A DNA stretch of 64,000 bases from Thermaceae bacterium (GCA_026985615.1 JALSQD010000001.1:281-64280); one strand, 5' to 3'. Shown: positions 28,878 through 39,104, numbered from the stretch's first letter. The notes: generated by a model not told the origin, from the sequence alone. Made by a program: numbers and translations.

Positions 28878-29924
28878 CTACGGCCACAGGCCGTGGGCCT
28901 CGAGCCCCAGCCCCTCGTCGAAGCCGTAGACCACGTTCATGTTCTGCACCGCCTGCCCCGAGGCACCCTTGACCAGGTTGTCGATGGCGGCGAAGACGAC
29001 GATCTGCCCGGTACGCTCGTCGAGTTTGGGGCTTATCCAGACGGTGTTGGCCCCATAGACGCCCTTGGTCTGGGGCAGGTCCTCGGTCAGGCGCACAAAG
29101 CGCTCGCCTTCGTAGAAGGCGCGGTAGAGCTCGTCGAGCTCCGCCTGGCGCAGCGGCCGCGCCAGCGTCACGTAGGCCGTCGTGAGGATGCCACGGGTCA
29201 TCGGCACCAGGTGGGGGGTGAAGGAGAGCGGGCGCGGCTCGGCGGGACCGTGGGTCCGCACGTGGCGGCCCTGGGCGCGTACCCGCCCCAGGTTGAACTC
29301 GATCTCGGCGGTGTGGCGGTGGCTGCCGGCAGGCTTGTAAGGCCGCAGGTTCTCGTTCACCTCGGCGAAGGCGGTGCCGCCGGCGTCGCGTCCGGCACCC
29401 GAGACGCCGCTCATGGCGGCGATGGTCACGACCTCGTCAAGCCCTTCGGCGGCCAGCGGCGCGAGCGCCAGGCTCGCCGCAGTGACGTAGCAGCCGGGGT
29501 TGGCCACCAGCTCGGCGCCGGTGAGGTCGTCGCGAAACAGCTCGGTGAGCCCGTAACGGGCGCGCGGATACCAGTCGGGGCTCGCATGACTGATGCCGTA
29601 CCAGGTCTCGTAGACGTCGGGTGGCAACCGGAAGTCGCCGGAAAGGTCGACGACCCTGCGCCCCTCCTCCACGAGCCGCGGCGCCAGCTCCATGGCGATG
29701 CCATTCGGCAGGGCGATGAAGACCAGCTCCGCCTCGGCCACGGCTTCCTCTACCTCGGCGAAGGGGGTGCTCAGGTCGATCTGCGGCCAGGCCGCCGAGA
29801 GGGGACGGCCGGCGTAGGCGCGGCTGCTGAAGCCCACCAGCCGAACCTTGGGATGCCGGCCCAGGATGCGGATGAGCTCGGAGCCCCCGTAGCCGCTGGC
29901 GCCCAGGATGGCTACCCGGACCAA
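28878..29924 (-). CDS. argC: N-acetyl-gamma-glutamyl-phosphate reductase
   Basis: Contains [18 protein letters not shown] and the active-site region NPGCYVTAA. Confidence 0.95.
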   Translation of the reverse strand: MVRVAILGASGYGGSELIRILGRHPKVRLVGFSSRAYAGRPLSAAWPQIDLSTPFAEVEEAVAEAELVFIALPNGIAMELAPRLVEEGRRVVDLSGDFRLPPDVYETWYGISHASPDWYPRARYGLTELFRDDLTGAELVANPGCYVTAASLALAPLAAEGLDEVVTIAAMSGVSGAGRDAGGTAFAEVNENLRPYKPAGSHRHTAEIEFNLGRVRAQGRHVRTHGPAEPRPLSFTPHLVPMTRGILTTAYVTLARPLRQAELDELYRAFYEGERFVRLTEDLPQTKGVYGANTVWISPKLDERTGQIVVFAAIDNLVKGASGQAVQNMNVVYGFDEGLGLEAHGLWP

Positions 29925-30817
29925 GCCCGCCCCCCCACGAGGTGCGCCAGGACCGCCTTGACGGTGTGCAGGCGGTTCTCGGCTTGGTCGAAGACCCGGC
30001 TCTTGGGGCCGCGAACCACCTCCTCCACCACCTCCTCACCATAGTGGGCGGGCAGGCAGTGCAGGAAGATGCTCTCCTCACCCGCAGCCGCCATCAGCTC
30101 GGGCGTGACGGTATAGCCGGCGAAGTCGCGCCGACGGCGCTCGGTCTCCTCCTCCTGGCCCATCGAGGTCCAGACATCGGTGTAGACGGCATGAGCGCCG
30201 CGTACCGCCTCGTAGGGGTCGCGCACCAAGCGCGCGTCCGCGCGCTCGAGCAGCGCCGGGTCGGGTTCGTAGCCCTCGGGGGTGCTCACCACCACCTCTA
30301 CCCCGGCGAGCGCCGCCGCCTCGAGCAGCGAGGTGAGCACGTTGTTGCCGTCGCCCACGTAGGCCAGCCGCAGGCCATCGAGCCGCCCGAACTGCTCGCG
30401 CAGCGTGAGCAGGTCGGCGAGTGCTTGCAGCGGGTGGTGGGCGTCGGAGAGCGCGTTGATCACCGGCACGCCAGAGTGCTCGGCGAGCGCGACCACGGAT
30501 TCATGTTTATTCACCCGCGCGGCAATGGCCTCGACCCAGCGCCCCAGGTTCTTGGCTACGTCGTAGACGGGTTCGCGCACACCCAACCCCACCTGGCGCG
30601 AGTCGAGATAGAGGGCGTGGCCACCCAGATGCACGGTGGCCACCTCCAGGGTCGTGCGCGTGCGTAAGGAGGGTTTTTCGAAGAGCAGGGCCACGGTCTT
30701 GCCGCTCAGCTCGGCCCCGCGGTAGCGGGTCTGCTTGAAGTGTGCGGCGGTGCGCAACAGCGCCTCGAGCTTTTCCTTATCGAGGCTCGAAAGGTCCAAG
30801 AGATGGTTCGGCATCAT
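29912..30817 (-). CDS. argF: ornithine carbamoyltransferase
   Basis: Contains FEKPSLRTRTT, DAHHPLQALAD and HCLPA. ATGATG at 30817 is preceded by GGAGG. The longer track ORF reaching 30880 lacks an RBS. Confidence 0.92.
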   Translation of the reverse strand: MMPNHLLDLSSLDKEKLEALLRTAAHFKQTRYRGAELSGKTVALLFEKPSLRTRTTLEVATVHLGGHALYLDSRQVGLGVREPVYDVAKNLGRWVEAIAARVNKHESVVALAEHSGVPVINALSDAHHPLQALADLLTLREQFGRLDGLRLAYVGDGNNVLTSLLEAAALAGVEVVVSTPEGYEPDPALLERADARLVRDPYEAVRGAHAVYTDVWTSMGQEEETERRRRDFAGYTVTPELMAAAGEESIFLHCLPAHYGEEVVEEVVRGPKSRVFDQAENRLHTVKAVLAHLVGGRAWSG

Positions 30818-30850
30818 CGCATTGCCTCCGCACCCTAGCGGGCGTGCTTC

Positions 30851-30880
30851 AGTATAGGGGCGCGGCGCAAGTTTATTCAA
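30851..30880 (-). promoter_or_regulatory. candidate promoter of argF-argC-argJ
   Basis: The minus strand reads TTGAAT, an 18-nt spacer, then TATACT, about 35 nt upstream of the argF start. Confidence 0.5.
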
Positions 30881-30914
30881 CCACGCTTGATGTTTCTCTA
30901 CAAAAATTTTTCAC

Positions 30915-30943
30915 TTGAAACTTTTGAGTTTTAAATGTAAACT
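30915..30943 (+). promoter_or_regulatory. near-consensus promoter of the MarR-MFS operon with embedded inverted repeat (leaderless-type)
   Basis: TTGAAA (30915-20), a 17-nt spacer, then TAAACT (30938-43), with GTG start at 30950 six nt later. The spacer contains AAACT-TTTG-AGTTT (30918-30931). Confidence 0.6.
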
Positions 30944-30949
30944 CGGCGC

Positions 30950-31360
30950 GTGGACGCCTGGCCGCTCCTTACCCGTATCTGGCGCTTGCAGCGGGCCCTG
31001 GTGGAGGAGGCCACGCCCTGCATCGCCGAGCAGGGACTCGGCCCCAAGGATCTGATGCTCCTCGCCCTCGTCGAGCACACCCCTCACGCCGGCGCGCTGG
31101 CGCGCGAGCTGCACCTGCCCGCGCCCAGCGTGAGCCACGCGCTCAAGCGCCTCGAGGGCGCGGGGTTAATCGAACGCCACAGCGATGTCAGTGACCTGCG
31201 GCGCTTCGTTTTCGAGCTTACCCCGCGGGGGCGCGAGGCGCTGGCGGCGGGCAGCGACTGCCTTACCCGCACGATGCGGGCGCGGCTCGCCCGGCTCGAA
31301 CCCGCTGAACGCAGCCAGCTCAACCGCCTGCTGGAACGGCTGCTGGAGGACGACGCATGA
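30950..31360 (+). CDS. MarR family transcriptional regulator
   Basis: Winged-helix region [43 protein letters not shown]. Its stop overlaps the start of the MFS gene. Confidence 0.88.
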   Translation: MDAWPLLTRIWRLQRALVEEATPCIAEQGLGPKDLMLLALVEHTPHAGALARELHLPAPSVSHALKRLEGAGLIERHSDVSDLRRFVFELTPRGREALAAGSDCLTRTMRARLARLEPAERSQLNRLLERLLEDDA

Positions 31361-33066
31361 ACCGCACCCAACTGCTCACGCTCATCGGCATCTTTCTCGG
31401 CATCTTTCTGGCCGCTCTCGACCAGACCATCGTCTCCACCGCCCTGCCCCGCATCGTCCAGGACCTCGGCGGAATGGACAAGTACGCCTGGGTGGGCACC
31501 AGCTACCTGCTGGCCTCGACGATCTCCGTCCCCATCTTCGGGCGTCTGGCCGACCTGATCTCGAGCCGCACCCTGCTGCTGTGGGCCATCGTGCTCTTTC
31601 TCGCCGGCTCGGTGCTCTCGGGACTTTCGAGCACGATGGACCAGCTCATCGCCTTTCGCGGCGTCCAGGGCGTGGGCGGCGGCGCGCTCTTCGCGGTGGC
31701 CACCACCACCATCGGCCTACTCTTCTCGCCGCGCGAGCGCGGCAAGTACCAGGGCCTCTTTGGCGCGGTCTTCGCCATCGCTAGTGTCATCGGGCCTTGG
31801 CTGGGCGGGCTCCTTACCGACCACCTTTCCTGGCACTGGGTCTTCTTCATCAACCTGCCGGTGGGCGCGGTGGCGCTCTACTTCATCGTGCGCCACATGC
31901 CGAGGCTCGAGCCCGCCTCCACCCACCGCTTCGACCTATGGGGGGCGCTCACCCTGGCCATCTGGACCGTGCCGCTCTTGCTGGCCACCTCCTGGGGCGG
32001 CCACGAGTATGCCTGGGCCAGCCCGGTCATCCTCAGCCTCTTCGGTGCGGCATTGGCGGGGCTCTTCCTCTTCTATTACGTCGAGACCCACACCCGCGAG
32101 CCGCTTTTCGACCTCACCCTCTTCCAGAACCCCGTCTTCCGCTGGGCGGCGGTCGCGCTTTTCTTCTTTGGCGCTGCCTTCCTGAGCGCGATGTTTTTCC
32201 TGCCCCTCTACCTGATCCAGGTCAAGGGCATCTCGGCCACGATGAGCGGCCTCACCATCACCCCCCTGACCCTGGGCTCGATCGTGGGCGCGATCGGCGC
32301 GGGGCAGATCGCCAGCCGCTGGGGGCGCTACAAGCCGCTAATGATCGGGGGGATGCTCTGGCTGTTGCTCAACTTTCTGGCCATGCACTACATCATCCGG
32401 GTGGACACCCCGCTGTGGCAGGTGCTGGCGCTGATGGTGAGCATGGGGCTGGGGCTGGGTCCGGGGATGCCGCTCTTCACCCTGGCGGTGCAGAACTCGG
32501 TTCCGCCCGAGCGCATGGGCACCGCCTCGAGCGCCACCCAGTTCTTCCGCCAGATCGGCTCGACCATCGGGATCGCGCTCATGGGCGCGGTGCTGGCTGC
32601 CAGCTTGCAGACCCAGCTCGCCGCCAGTCTGCCTGAGGGGCTACAAAACGGCACGGTCGACCTGGGGCAGATGCGCGATCCCACCGCCTTCAACCGCGCC
32701 TTCGAGCAGCAGCTGGAAGCGACCCTGGCCGACCTCGAGAAGGCGCTCGCCGGCGACGAGGAGGCCAAGGCCCGCTTGCTTGCCAACCCGCTCCTGCCCG
32801 AAGACCTCAAGGGCATGCTCAAGGGGCCGCCGCCCCCGCCGCAGTACCGCGCGATGGTGCTCGACAAGGTGCGCGCGCAGCTGGAGGAGCGGCTCGAGGA
32901 GATCAAGGAGCAGACCAACGCCGCGCTCAACGCCGCCATCGCCGAGGCGATGCGTCAGGTCTACCTCTACGCGGCCTACCTGGTGGCTCTGGGGCTACTC
33001 GCGGCGCTGATGATCCCCGACCGCAAGCTCAAGGGGCAGGCCCACCTGCGGCCCGCGCCCCACTAG
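31357..33066 (+). CDS. MFS transporter, DHA2 (EmrB/QacA-like, 14-TM) with C-terminal soluble extension
   Basis: Contains [13 protein letters not shown] and [13 protein letters not shown], with 14 hydrophobic segments. The ~110-aa C-terminal extension is charged and Ala/Leu-rich. Confidence 0.88.
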   Translation: MNRTQLLTLIGIFLGIFLAALDQTIVSTALPRIVQDLGGMDKYAWVGTSYLLASTISVPIFGRLADLISSRTLLLWAIVLFLAGSVLSGLSSTMDQLIAFRGVQGVGGGALFAVATTTIGLLFSPRERGKYQGLFGAVFAIASVIGPWLGGLLTDHLSWHWVFFINLPVGAVALYFIVRHMPRLEPASTHRFDLWGALTLAIWTVPLLLATSWGGHEYAWASPVILSLFGAALAGLFLFYYVETHTREPLFDLTLFQNPVFRWAAVALFFFGAAFLSAMFFLPLYLIQVKGISATMSGLTITPLTLGSIVGAIGAGQIASRWGRYKPLMIGGMLWLLLNFLAMHYIIRVDTPLWQVLALMVSMGLGLGPGMPLFTLAVQNSVPPERMGTASSATQFFRQIGSTIGIALMGAVLAASLQTQLAASLPEGLQNGTVDLGQMRDPTAFNRAFEQQLEATLADLEKALAGDEEAKARLLANPLLPEDLKGMLKGPPPPPQYRAMVLDKVRAQLEERLEEIKEQTNAALNAAIAEAMRQVYLYAAYLVALGLLAALMIPDRKLKGQAHLRPAPH

Positions 33067-33740
33067 AGCTCGCGCACCAGCCAGGGGCGCGGCGCGACGA
33101 AGGGCTCGGCGTAGGCCACCCCCGCGAGGTTGCCCCAGTAGCGGCGCAGGGCCCGGCGGGCCTCCAGCCCCGCCGGGCCCACCGTTTCGCTCACCGCCTC
33201 GCCCTCGAACTGGCTCGCGTAGGCCCGGACTGCGGCCTCCCAGACCTCGATGGTCGCGCTCACGTCCACCAGTAGGCTCGGCGCCGCGGGCTCGTTGCCC
33301 GGATACCACAGGAAGCGCTCGGGTTTGTGGGGCTCGCCCTCCATCCCGGCGCGCGCCAGCCCAGCCAAGTGCAGCGCGCGCCGCAATAGCGCTGCGGCGC
33401 CGACGTGGTCGGGGTGGCGGTCCTCGGGGTGCGGCCCCAGCACCACCCGCGGCCGCAGCCGCCGCAGCTCGGCAGCGAGGCGGTGCGCGTAGTCCTCGTC
33501 GTCGCGCAACCCGCCGTCGGGCATGCCCAGGTTGCCGCGCCAGGCGAGCCTCAGTGCCTCCGCCGCCCGGGCGGCCTCGGCCGCACGCAGCTCGGGGCTG
33601 CCCTTGCTGCCCGCCTCGCCTCGCGTCAGGTCGAGCACGCCGGTGGCGCGTCCGGCGCGGGCCATGAGGGCGAGCGTGCCCCCGGCGCCGAGCTCGGCGT
33701 CGTCCGGGTGCGGCGCCACCACCAGCAGGTCCAGCTTCAC
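33063..33740 (-). CDS. bshB1: PIG-L/LmbE family deacetylase, bacillithiol BshB1-like
   Basis: [24 protein letters not shown]...LTRGEAGS...HPDH. GTG 33740 overlaps the plsY stop (GTGA). The track ORF reaching 34346 is an artefactual upstream extension. Confidence 0.7.
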   Translation of the reverse strand: MKLDLLVVAPHPDDAELGAGGTLALMARAGRATGVLDLTRGEAGSKGSPELRAAEAARAAEALRLAWRGNLGMPDGGLRDDEDYAHRLAAELRRLRPRVVLGPHPEDRHPDHVGAAALLRRALHLAGLARAGMEGEPHKPERFLWYPGNEPAAPSLLVDVSATIEVWEAAVRAYASQFEGEAVSETVGPAGLEARRALRRYWGNLAGVAYAEPFVAPRPWLVREL

Positions 33741-34351
33741 GGGTACCTCATGCGTTTCTCGGCCTTCTCGCCCAGGCGGCGTTCGCGCCCCTGTTGCAGC
33801 CGCACGATGTTCTCGCGGTGGGTCCAGTAGACCAGGGCCACGAGCGCGAAGAGGGTGGTCAGCTCCCAGTCGGGCCGGCCCACCGCCACCGCGTAGGCGA
33901 GGCCGGCGAAGGTGCCCACCAGGCTTCCGGCCGAGACGTAGCGGGTGAGCAGGATTACGACGGCGGCCACCACCAGGCCGAAGAGGGCCACCGCGGGGTC
34001 GAGGAAGAGCACGGTGCCCAGGCTGGTGGCCACGCCCTTCCCGCCCTTGAAGCCCAGGAAGATCGAGAAGTTGTGGCCCAGCACCGCGGCCAGCGCCACG
34101 CCGCCCAGCAGCCAGCCGTCCACCCCCAGCGAGCGGGCGATCCAGACGGCCAGACCCCCCTTGAACATGTCGAAGAGGAAGACGACGATGGCCGGGCCCC
34201 AGCCCAGCGCGCGCAGCACGTTGGTGGCCCCGATGTTGCCCGAGCCCACCTCGCGGATGTTGACCTTGTACAGGCGCGCGATCAGGACGCCGGCCGGGAT
34301 CGATCCGAACAGGTAGGCCAGCAACAGGGTCGAAACGGCGTACCAACTCAC
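33737..34351 (-). CDS. plsY: glycerol-3-phosphate acyltransferase PlsY
   Basis: Contains GSGNIGATNVLRALG, DMFKG and GGKGVATSLG, with multiple TM segments. Confidence 0.9.
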   Translation of the reverse strand: MSWYAVSTLLLAYLFGSIPAGVLIARLYKVNIREVGSGNIGATNVLRALGWGPAIVVFLFDMFKGGLAVWIARSLGVDGWLLGGVALAAVLGHNFSIFLGFKGGKGVATSLGTVLFLDPAVALFGLVVAAVVILLTRYVSAGSLVGTFAGLAYAVAVGRPDWELTTLFALVALVYWTHRENIVRLQQGRERRLGEKAEKRMRYP

Positions 34352-34367
34352 GCCCGCATTCTAAGCT

Positions 34368-35147
34368 TCAGCTGGAGGCCGAGGCGTAAAACCGCAGGGC
34401 GAAACGCCAGAAGGCGCGGCTGAGCACCAGAACGCCGCCCGCGACCGCGAAGACGACGAGCAGCCAGCTCGCGGGCAGGCGCGCCAGCGCCACCTCGGCG
34501 GGGGCGGTGGTCATGAAGTAGACCGGCAGCACGAAGGTCATGAAGAGCCGGAAGGGACGGGAGTAGGCCTGCACCGGGTACTGCCCGGTCCAGACGATGG
34601 TGTTGAGAAAGTAGACGACGTTGAAGATCTTGACGAACCAGATCGAGGTGGTGGCAAAGAGAAAGGCCACCGCGTAGGCGAGCAGCAGCGCCGCGGCCGC
34701 GCCCAGCCCCAGTCGCAGCCAGCCGGCCGCGTCCAGGCCGGCGACCGCGCCGGCGTAGCCCAGGAGGCCCAGGCTCATCAGCACGAAGGGCACGCCCTCG
34801 GCGGCGAACTGCTGCACGCTCACCCAGAACTGGCTGCTCGCCGGCTTGAGCAGCACGAAGTCGAGGGTGCCATCTTGCACCATCTCCGAGATGCGGCGCA
34901 GGTTGGGGTTGAAGACGCCGATGAAAAAGGCGTCGAGCAGCGAGGCTAGCCCCAGCACCACGAGCGCTTCCTGCCAGCGCCAGCCGCCCAGGTCGAAGCC
35001 GTTGGCGTAGAAGAGGTAGACACCGAAGAGCTTCCCGGCGGCTTCGAGCCCCGCCTCGAGGAAGGCCAGTGCGAAGGCCGTGCGGTACTCCATCCGCGCC
35101 GCCAGCGAGGTTTGCCAGAAGAGGGTAAGGAGCTTCAGGTAGCGCAC
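34368..35147 (-). CDS. ABC-2 type transporter permease
   Basis: Six hydrophobic segments. Third gene of a tightly packed ATPase-permease-permease array. Confidence 0.75.
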   Translation of the reverse strand: MRYLKLLTLFWQTSLAARMEYRTAFALAFLEAGLEAAGKLFGVYLFYANGFDLGGWRWQEALVVLGLASLLDAFFIGVFNPNLRRISEMVQDGTLDFVLLKPASSQFWVSVQQFAAEGVPFVLMSLGLLGYAGAVAGLDAAGWLRLGLGAAAALLLAYAVAFLFATTSIWFVKIFNVVYFLNTIVWTGQYPVQAYSRPFRLFMTFVLPVYFMTTAPAEVALARLPASWLLVVFAVAGGVLVLSRAFWRFALRFYASASS

Positions 35148-35148
35148 A

Positions 35149-35937
35149 TCAGGCCCCCATGGCGCTGTAGTGGCGCCGCCCCAGGTGCCACAGCAGCCGC
35201 CCCAGCGTGAAGAAGAAGAGGTTCCAGGCCAAAAGCGTCAGCAGGCCGCGCGTTGCGTCGGCCTCGAGCCCCGACCAGATCGCGGCGGGCAGGTAGACCA
35301 GGTGCGGGAACGGCGTCCAGGCGAGCACCTGCCGCACCGGGTCGGGGTAGAGCGCGAGTGGTGCCAGCATCCCCGAGAAGAAGAGCATGGCCACGTACCA
35401 GAGGTTGTAGATGCTGGTGGCGTCCTCGAGCCACAGTGCGAGCAGGCCCACCACGTAGCTGGCGAAGAAGTTGACCCCGAAGGCCAGCCCCACGGCCACC
35501 AGCCCCAAAGCGGCCCGCTCCGCGCCCGGCCAGACCAGCGCCTCGGGGTAGAGCCAGGCGAAGACCAGCCCCACCACCGCCAGCATCGGCAGGCGCACGC
35601 CCCGCTCGCCCACGTGGTCGGCCAGGTAGTGCCACACGGGGTCGAGCGGCTGCAGCAGTCGGAACGAGAAGCGCCCCGAGCGCACGTCCTCGCTCATGTT
35701 CCAATGCGCCCAAACGATGCCCAGTTGTCGCGCTACGAAGACGGCGAAGAAGTAGCGGGCGTAGTCGTTGGCGTCGTAGCCGGTGAGGCCCTGGTTCGCC
35801 GCCGCCGTCCAGGCCGACATGAAGAAGAAAGGGGTGATACCGCTCAGCATCCAGAAGAAGATCTCGCCGCGGTACTCGAGCATGTAGGCGAAGTAGACCG
35901 CAACGAGCGTCCAGGCCTTGCGTACGAGCCAGCGCAC
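35149..35937 (-). CDS. ABC-2 type transporter permease
   Basis: Polytopic membrane protein lying between the ATPase and the second permease. Confidence 0.75.
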   Translation of the reverse strand: MRWLVRKAWTLVAVYFAYMLEYRGEIFFWMLSGITPFFFMSAWTAAANQGLTGYDANDYARYFFAVFVARQLGIVWAHWNMSEDVRSGRFSFRLLQPLDPVWHYLADHVGERGVRLPMLAVVGLVFAWLYPEALVWPGAERAALGLVAVGLAFGVNFFASYVVGLLALWLEDATSIYNLWYVAMLFFSGMLAPLALYPDPVRQVLAWTPFPHLVYLPAAIWSGLEADATRGLLTLLAWNLFFFTLGRLLWHLGRRHYSAMGA

Positions 35938-36932
35938 TAGACCCTCCCCTCGCTGAAGACCCGGGCGATGACGTCCTCCAGCGGCGGCTCGGTCACGCTC
36001 AGGTCGCGCACCTCGAAGCGCGACAGCAGCTCGGCCACCGTCCGGGTCAGCCCTTCCTTGGTCACCAGCAGCCGCACCCGCCGACCGCTCGCCTCCGCCA
36101 CCTCGCCAAAGCCGGCCAGCTCCGCCGGTTCCGCGGGGGCCGCGAGCTCGAGCCTCACCTCCTTGAAGGGAGCGAAGCGCTCCACCAGCCCGCCCAGACC
36201 GCCGTCGTAGAGAAGCGCGCCCCGGTGGATCACCAGCACCCGCTCGGCCAGCGCCTCGATGTCGGCCATGTAGTGGCTCGTCAGCAGAATCGTCGCCCCG
36301 TAGCGCTCGCGGTAGTCGCGCAGGAAGCGGCGCACCGCCGCCTGGGCGTTGACGTCGAGCCCCAGCGTGGGCTCGTCCAGGAAGAGCAGCCGCGGCAGGT
36401 GGAAGAGCGAGGCCATCAGCTCGGCCTTCATCCGCTGGCCCAGGCTCAGCTTGCGCACCGGCTGCGTGAGGATGTCCTCGATCTCCAGCAGCTCGGCAAA
36501 GGCGCGGGTGCGCCGCCGCGCCTCGGCGGGGTCGATCTCGTAGACCGCGGCGTTGATGCGCAGGCTGTCGAGTACGGGCAGGTCCCAGATGAGCTGCTGC
36601 TTGTTGCCCATCACCAGCGTGATCTGGCGCAAGAAGGCCGCCTCGCGCCGGTAGGGCACGTGCCCCAGCACCTCCAGCTCGCCGCCGGAGGGGTAGATCA
36701 GCCCGGTAAGCATCTTGAGCGTTGTGGTCTTGCCCGCGCCGTTAGCTCCGAGAAAGCCCACGATCTCGCCCGGCTCGATGACGAAGCTCACGCCCCGCAC
36801 CGCCTCCACCTCGCGGTAGCGGCGGCGCACGAAGTGGCGCAGCGTGTCGGCGAAGCCCGGCTCCTTCTCCGCCACCCGGTAGACCTTACGCAGGTTGTGC
36901 GCTCGGACCGCCGGCCCTAGCGCTTCCGCCAC
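35937..36932 (-). CDS. ABC transporter ATP-binding protein
   Basis: Walker A GANGAGKTTT, signature LSLGQRM, Walker B LLFLDEPT. Confidence 0.92.
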   Translation of the reverse strand: MAEALGPAVRAHNLRKVYRVAEKEPGFADTLRHFVRRRYREVEAVRGVSFVIEPGEIVGFLGANGAGKTTTLKMLTGLIYPSGGELEVLGHVPYRREAAFLRQITLVMGNKQQLIWDLPVLDSLRINAAVYEIDPAEARRRTRAFAELLEIEDILTQPVRKLSLGQRMKAELMASLFHLPRLLFLDEPTLGLDVNAQAAVRRFLRDYRERYGATILLTSHYMADIEALAERVLVIHRGALLYDGGLGGLVERFAPFKEVRLELAAPAEPAELAGFGEVAEASGRRVRLLVTKEGLTRTVAELLSRFEVRDLSVTEPPLEDVIARVFSEGRV

Positions 36933-37471
36933 AGTGGCTCCTCCACCCCCAACCGGTGGTTGACCCAGCGCGCCATCGCGAAGAGCAGGTCGGAGAGCCG
37001 GTTGAGGTAGCGCAGCGCCTCGGGGTTGACCTCTTCTTGCCCGGCCAGCGCCACCACCCGCCGCTCGGCCCGGCGGACCACCGCCCGCGCCACCTGCAGC
37101 GCCGCCGCCGCGGGATGGCCCCCGGGCAGCACGAAGCCCGAAAGGGGCGGGGTGGCCTCGGTATAGGCGTCGATCCAGCCTTCGAGCCCGGCCACGTCGC
37201 CGGGTTGGACGCGGCGCACGTGGGCCTCGGCGGGGCTGCCGTGGGGCGTCGCCAGATCGGCGCCCAGGTCGAAGAGGACGCTTTGCAGCGCCGCCAGTCG
37301 CTCGTCGAGCTCGGCGAGCTCCGCGGGCAGCAGCGCCCGCGCCAGCCCGATTTGGCTGTTGGCCTCGTCCACGTCGCCGTAGGCCTCGACGCGGGGGTGG
37401 TGCTTGGACACGCGCTCCGCGCCGAAGAGCCCGGTCTCGCCGCCGTCACCGGTGCGTGTGTAGAGCTTCAT
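36917..37471 (-). CDS. ATP:cob(I)alamin adenosyltransferase, PduO type
   Basis: MKLYTRTGDGGETGLFGAERVSKHHPRVEAYGDVDEAN is the typical PduO-type N-terminus. Confidence 0.9.
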   Translation of the reverse strand: MKLYTRTGDGGETGLFGAERVSKHHPRVEAYGDVDEANSQIGLARALLPAELAELDERLAALQSVLFDLGADLATPHGSPAEAHVRRVQPGDVAGLEGWIDAYTEATPPLSGFVLPGGHPAAAALQVARAVVRRAERRVVALAGQEEVNPEALRYLNRLSDLLFAMARWVNHRLGVEEPLWRKR

Positions 37472-37477
37472 GCCTCC

Positions 37478-37483
37478 AGGGTA
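37478..37483 (-). promoter_or_regulatory. -10-like box TACCCT, 6 nt upstream of the adenosyltransferase ATG
   Basis: The minus strand reads TACCCT-GGAGGC-ATG. Confidence 0.3.
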
Positions 37484-37631
37484 CCGCCAAAGGGTGCAGG
37501 CCCGCTCTCGCGGGCCTGCGGAGGGAGGGATCGTTCAGTGGATCTCTTGGACGCAGCAAGGTTAATTTACCCCCGTCCCAAAGGACAGGTGTCCCGAGTT
37601 TCACGAATTGCGCCGTGCGCGCCGGGGACGG

Positions 37632-37637
37632 TAGGCT
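37632..37637 (+). promoter_or_regulatory. -10-like box TAGGCT, 6 nt upstream of the alr ATG
   Basis: Reads TAGGCT-TGGGGC-ATG. Confidence 0.3.
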
Positions 37638-37643
37638 TGGGGC

Positions 37644-38720
37644 ATGCGGCCGACCTGGCTCGAGATCGATCTGGCGGCGCTGGGGCGCAACTACGCGCAC
37701 CTGGCGGGCCGGGCTTCGGGCGCGGAGGTGATCGCCGTGGTCAAGGCGAACGCCTACGGCCACGGCGCGGTGCGGGTGGCGCGCTACCTGCGCGAGCACC
37801 GCGGGACCCGGCGCTTCGCCGTGGCCACCACCGGCGAGGGCGCCGAACTGCGAAAGGCCGGGATCGCCGAGCCGGTGCTGCTCCTGGGCGCACTCCACCC
37901 CGACGATGCTGGGGACGCGGCGCAGCATGACCTCACGCCCACGCTCGTCACCCTCGAGGCCGCGCGCGCCTTCGCCGCGGCGCGCCCGGGCAGACGGGCG
38001 CAGGTCAAGGTGGACAGCGGCATGGGGCGGGTGGGCGTACCCCCCGCCGAGCTCGACGGCTTCGTGGCCGCGGTGGAGGGGCTGGGGCTCGAGGTCGAGG
38101 CGATCTACACCCACTTCGCCGTCGCCGACGAGGACGAGGGCGAGACGCGCCGGCAGCTCGCGGTCTTCCTGGAGGCCGCGCGCGCCCTGCCGCGCCGCTA
38201 CCCGCTGCACGCGGCCAACTCGGCGGCGATCCTGGCCGGCCTCGGCACCGAGCTCGATTTCGTGCGTCCGGGGGTGGCGCTCTACGGGCTGCCGCCGGAC
38301 ATGCAGGAAGCGCCGGGACTTGAGCCCGTGCTCGCCTGGAAGGCGCGACCCACCCTCGCCAAGCGCTTGCCTGCCGGCCATGGCGTGGGCTACGGCCTCA
38401 CCTACCGCGCCGGAGGGGAGGAGTGGATCGCCACCCTGCCCTTCGGCTACGCCGACGGCTTTTCGCGGGCGCTTTCGAACCGCGGCTGGGTGCGCTGGCG
38501 CGGTGGCTACGCGCCGGTGGTGGGGCGGGTGAGCATGGACCAGACCACGGTGCGCCTGCCCGAGCCCGTGGGGCTGGACGAGGTCTTCGAGGTGGTGACG
38601 CCCGACCTGGACGAGCGCACCAGCCTGACCGGCCGGGCGCGCGCGCTGGACACGATCCACTACGAGCTGGCCACGGCGCTCAGCCCCCGGCTGCCGCGCC
38701 GCTACCGGGAGGAAGGGTGA
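37644..38720 (+). CDS. alr: alanine racemase
   Basis: PLP-lysine motif VVKANAYGHGAV and the C-terminal motif VSMDQTTV. Confidence 0.93.
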   Translation: MRPTWLEIDLAALGRNYAHLAGRASGAEVIAVVKANAYGHGAVRVARYLREHRGTRRFAVATTGEGAELRKAGIAEPVLLLGALHPDDAGDAAQHDLTPTLVTLEAARAFAAARPGRRAQVKVDSGMGRVGVPPAELDGFVAAVEGLGLEVEAIYTHFAVADEDEGETRRQLAVFLEAARALPRRYPLHAANSAAILAGLGTELDFVRPGVALYGLPPDMQEAPGLEPVLAWKARPTLAKRLPAGHGVGYGLTYRAGGEEWIATLPFGYADGFSRALSNRGWVRWRGGYAPVVGRVSMDQTTVRLPEPVGLDEVFEVVTPDLDERTSLTGRARALDTIHYELATALSPRLPRRYREEG

Positions 38721-39081
38721 GGCTCGAGCTGCTCGCGGAGCCCTACGCCGTCTGCACCGCGCCCCAGCCGCCAGGGCCCGGGCCCGGCACGCTGGCGGCG
38801 GTGCTGCGCGACGCGAACGGCTACACCTGGGTGGGGCCCGAAGCGGAAGCCCCGCAGGGCGCGACCTGCCGCGGTGGCGCGCGCTGGCGGTGGAGGGTCC
38901 GCTCGACTTCGGCCTCACCGGCGTGCTGGCGGCGCTCACCGCTCCGCTGGCCGAGGCGGGGGTGCCCGTCTTCGTGCTCTCCACCTGGTCCACCGACTTT
39001 CTGCTCGTGCCCGCGGAATTGCTGCCCGCCGCACAAGAAGCCTTTAGCGCGGCCGGTCACGAGCTGGCGCGGTCGCGCTAA
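38717..39081 (+). pseudogene. ACT-domain protein (COG3603-like) split by an apparent frameshift near 38870
   Basis: The N-terminal part (GTG 38717, VRLELLAEPYAVCTAPQ...YTWVGPEAEAPQGATCR) is in one frame. The C-terminal part (WRALAVEGPLDFGLTGVLAALTAPLAEAGVPVFVLSTWSTDFLLVP) is in the -1 frame. Total length is 365 nt, not divisible by 3. Confidence 0.55.
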
Positions 39082-39104
39082 CGTTCCCGCCGCCCGGCGC
39101 GTCT

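Noticed and set aside
33063-34346. A 427-aa ORF appears to fuse a deacetylase with an upstream region.
   Set aside because: Only the last 225 aa (from GTG 33740) look like a PIG-L/BshB protein. The upstream part is an alternate-frame read-through of the plsY gene, which has its own clear frame (33737-34351) and a GTGA stop/start overlap.
37472-37643. A cobalamin riboswitch was considered upstream of the PduO-type adenosyltransferase. A strong hairpin, GCAGGCCCGC-GAGA-GCGGGCCTGC, is present.
   Set aside because: No B12-box-like sequence is visible, and the ATG has a -10-like box 6 nt upstream. The hairpin alone is not evidence for a riboswitch.
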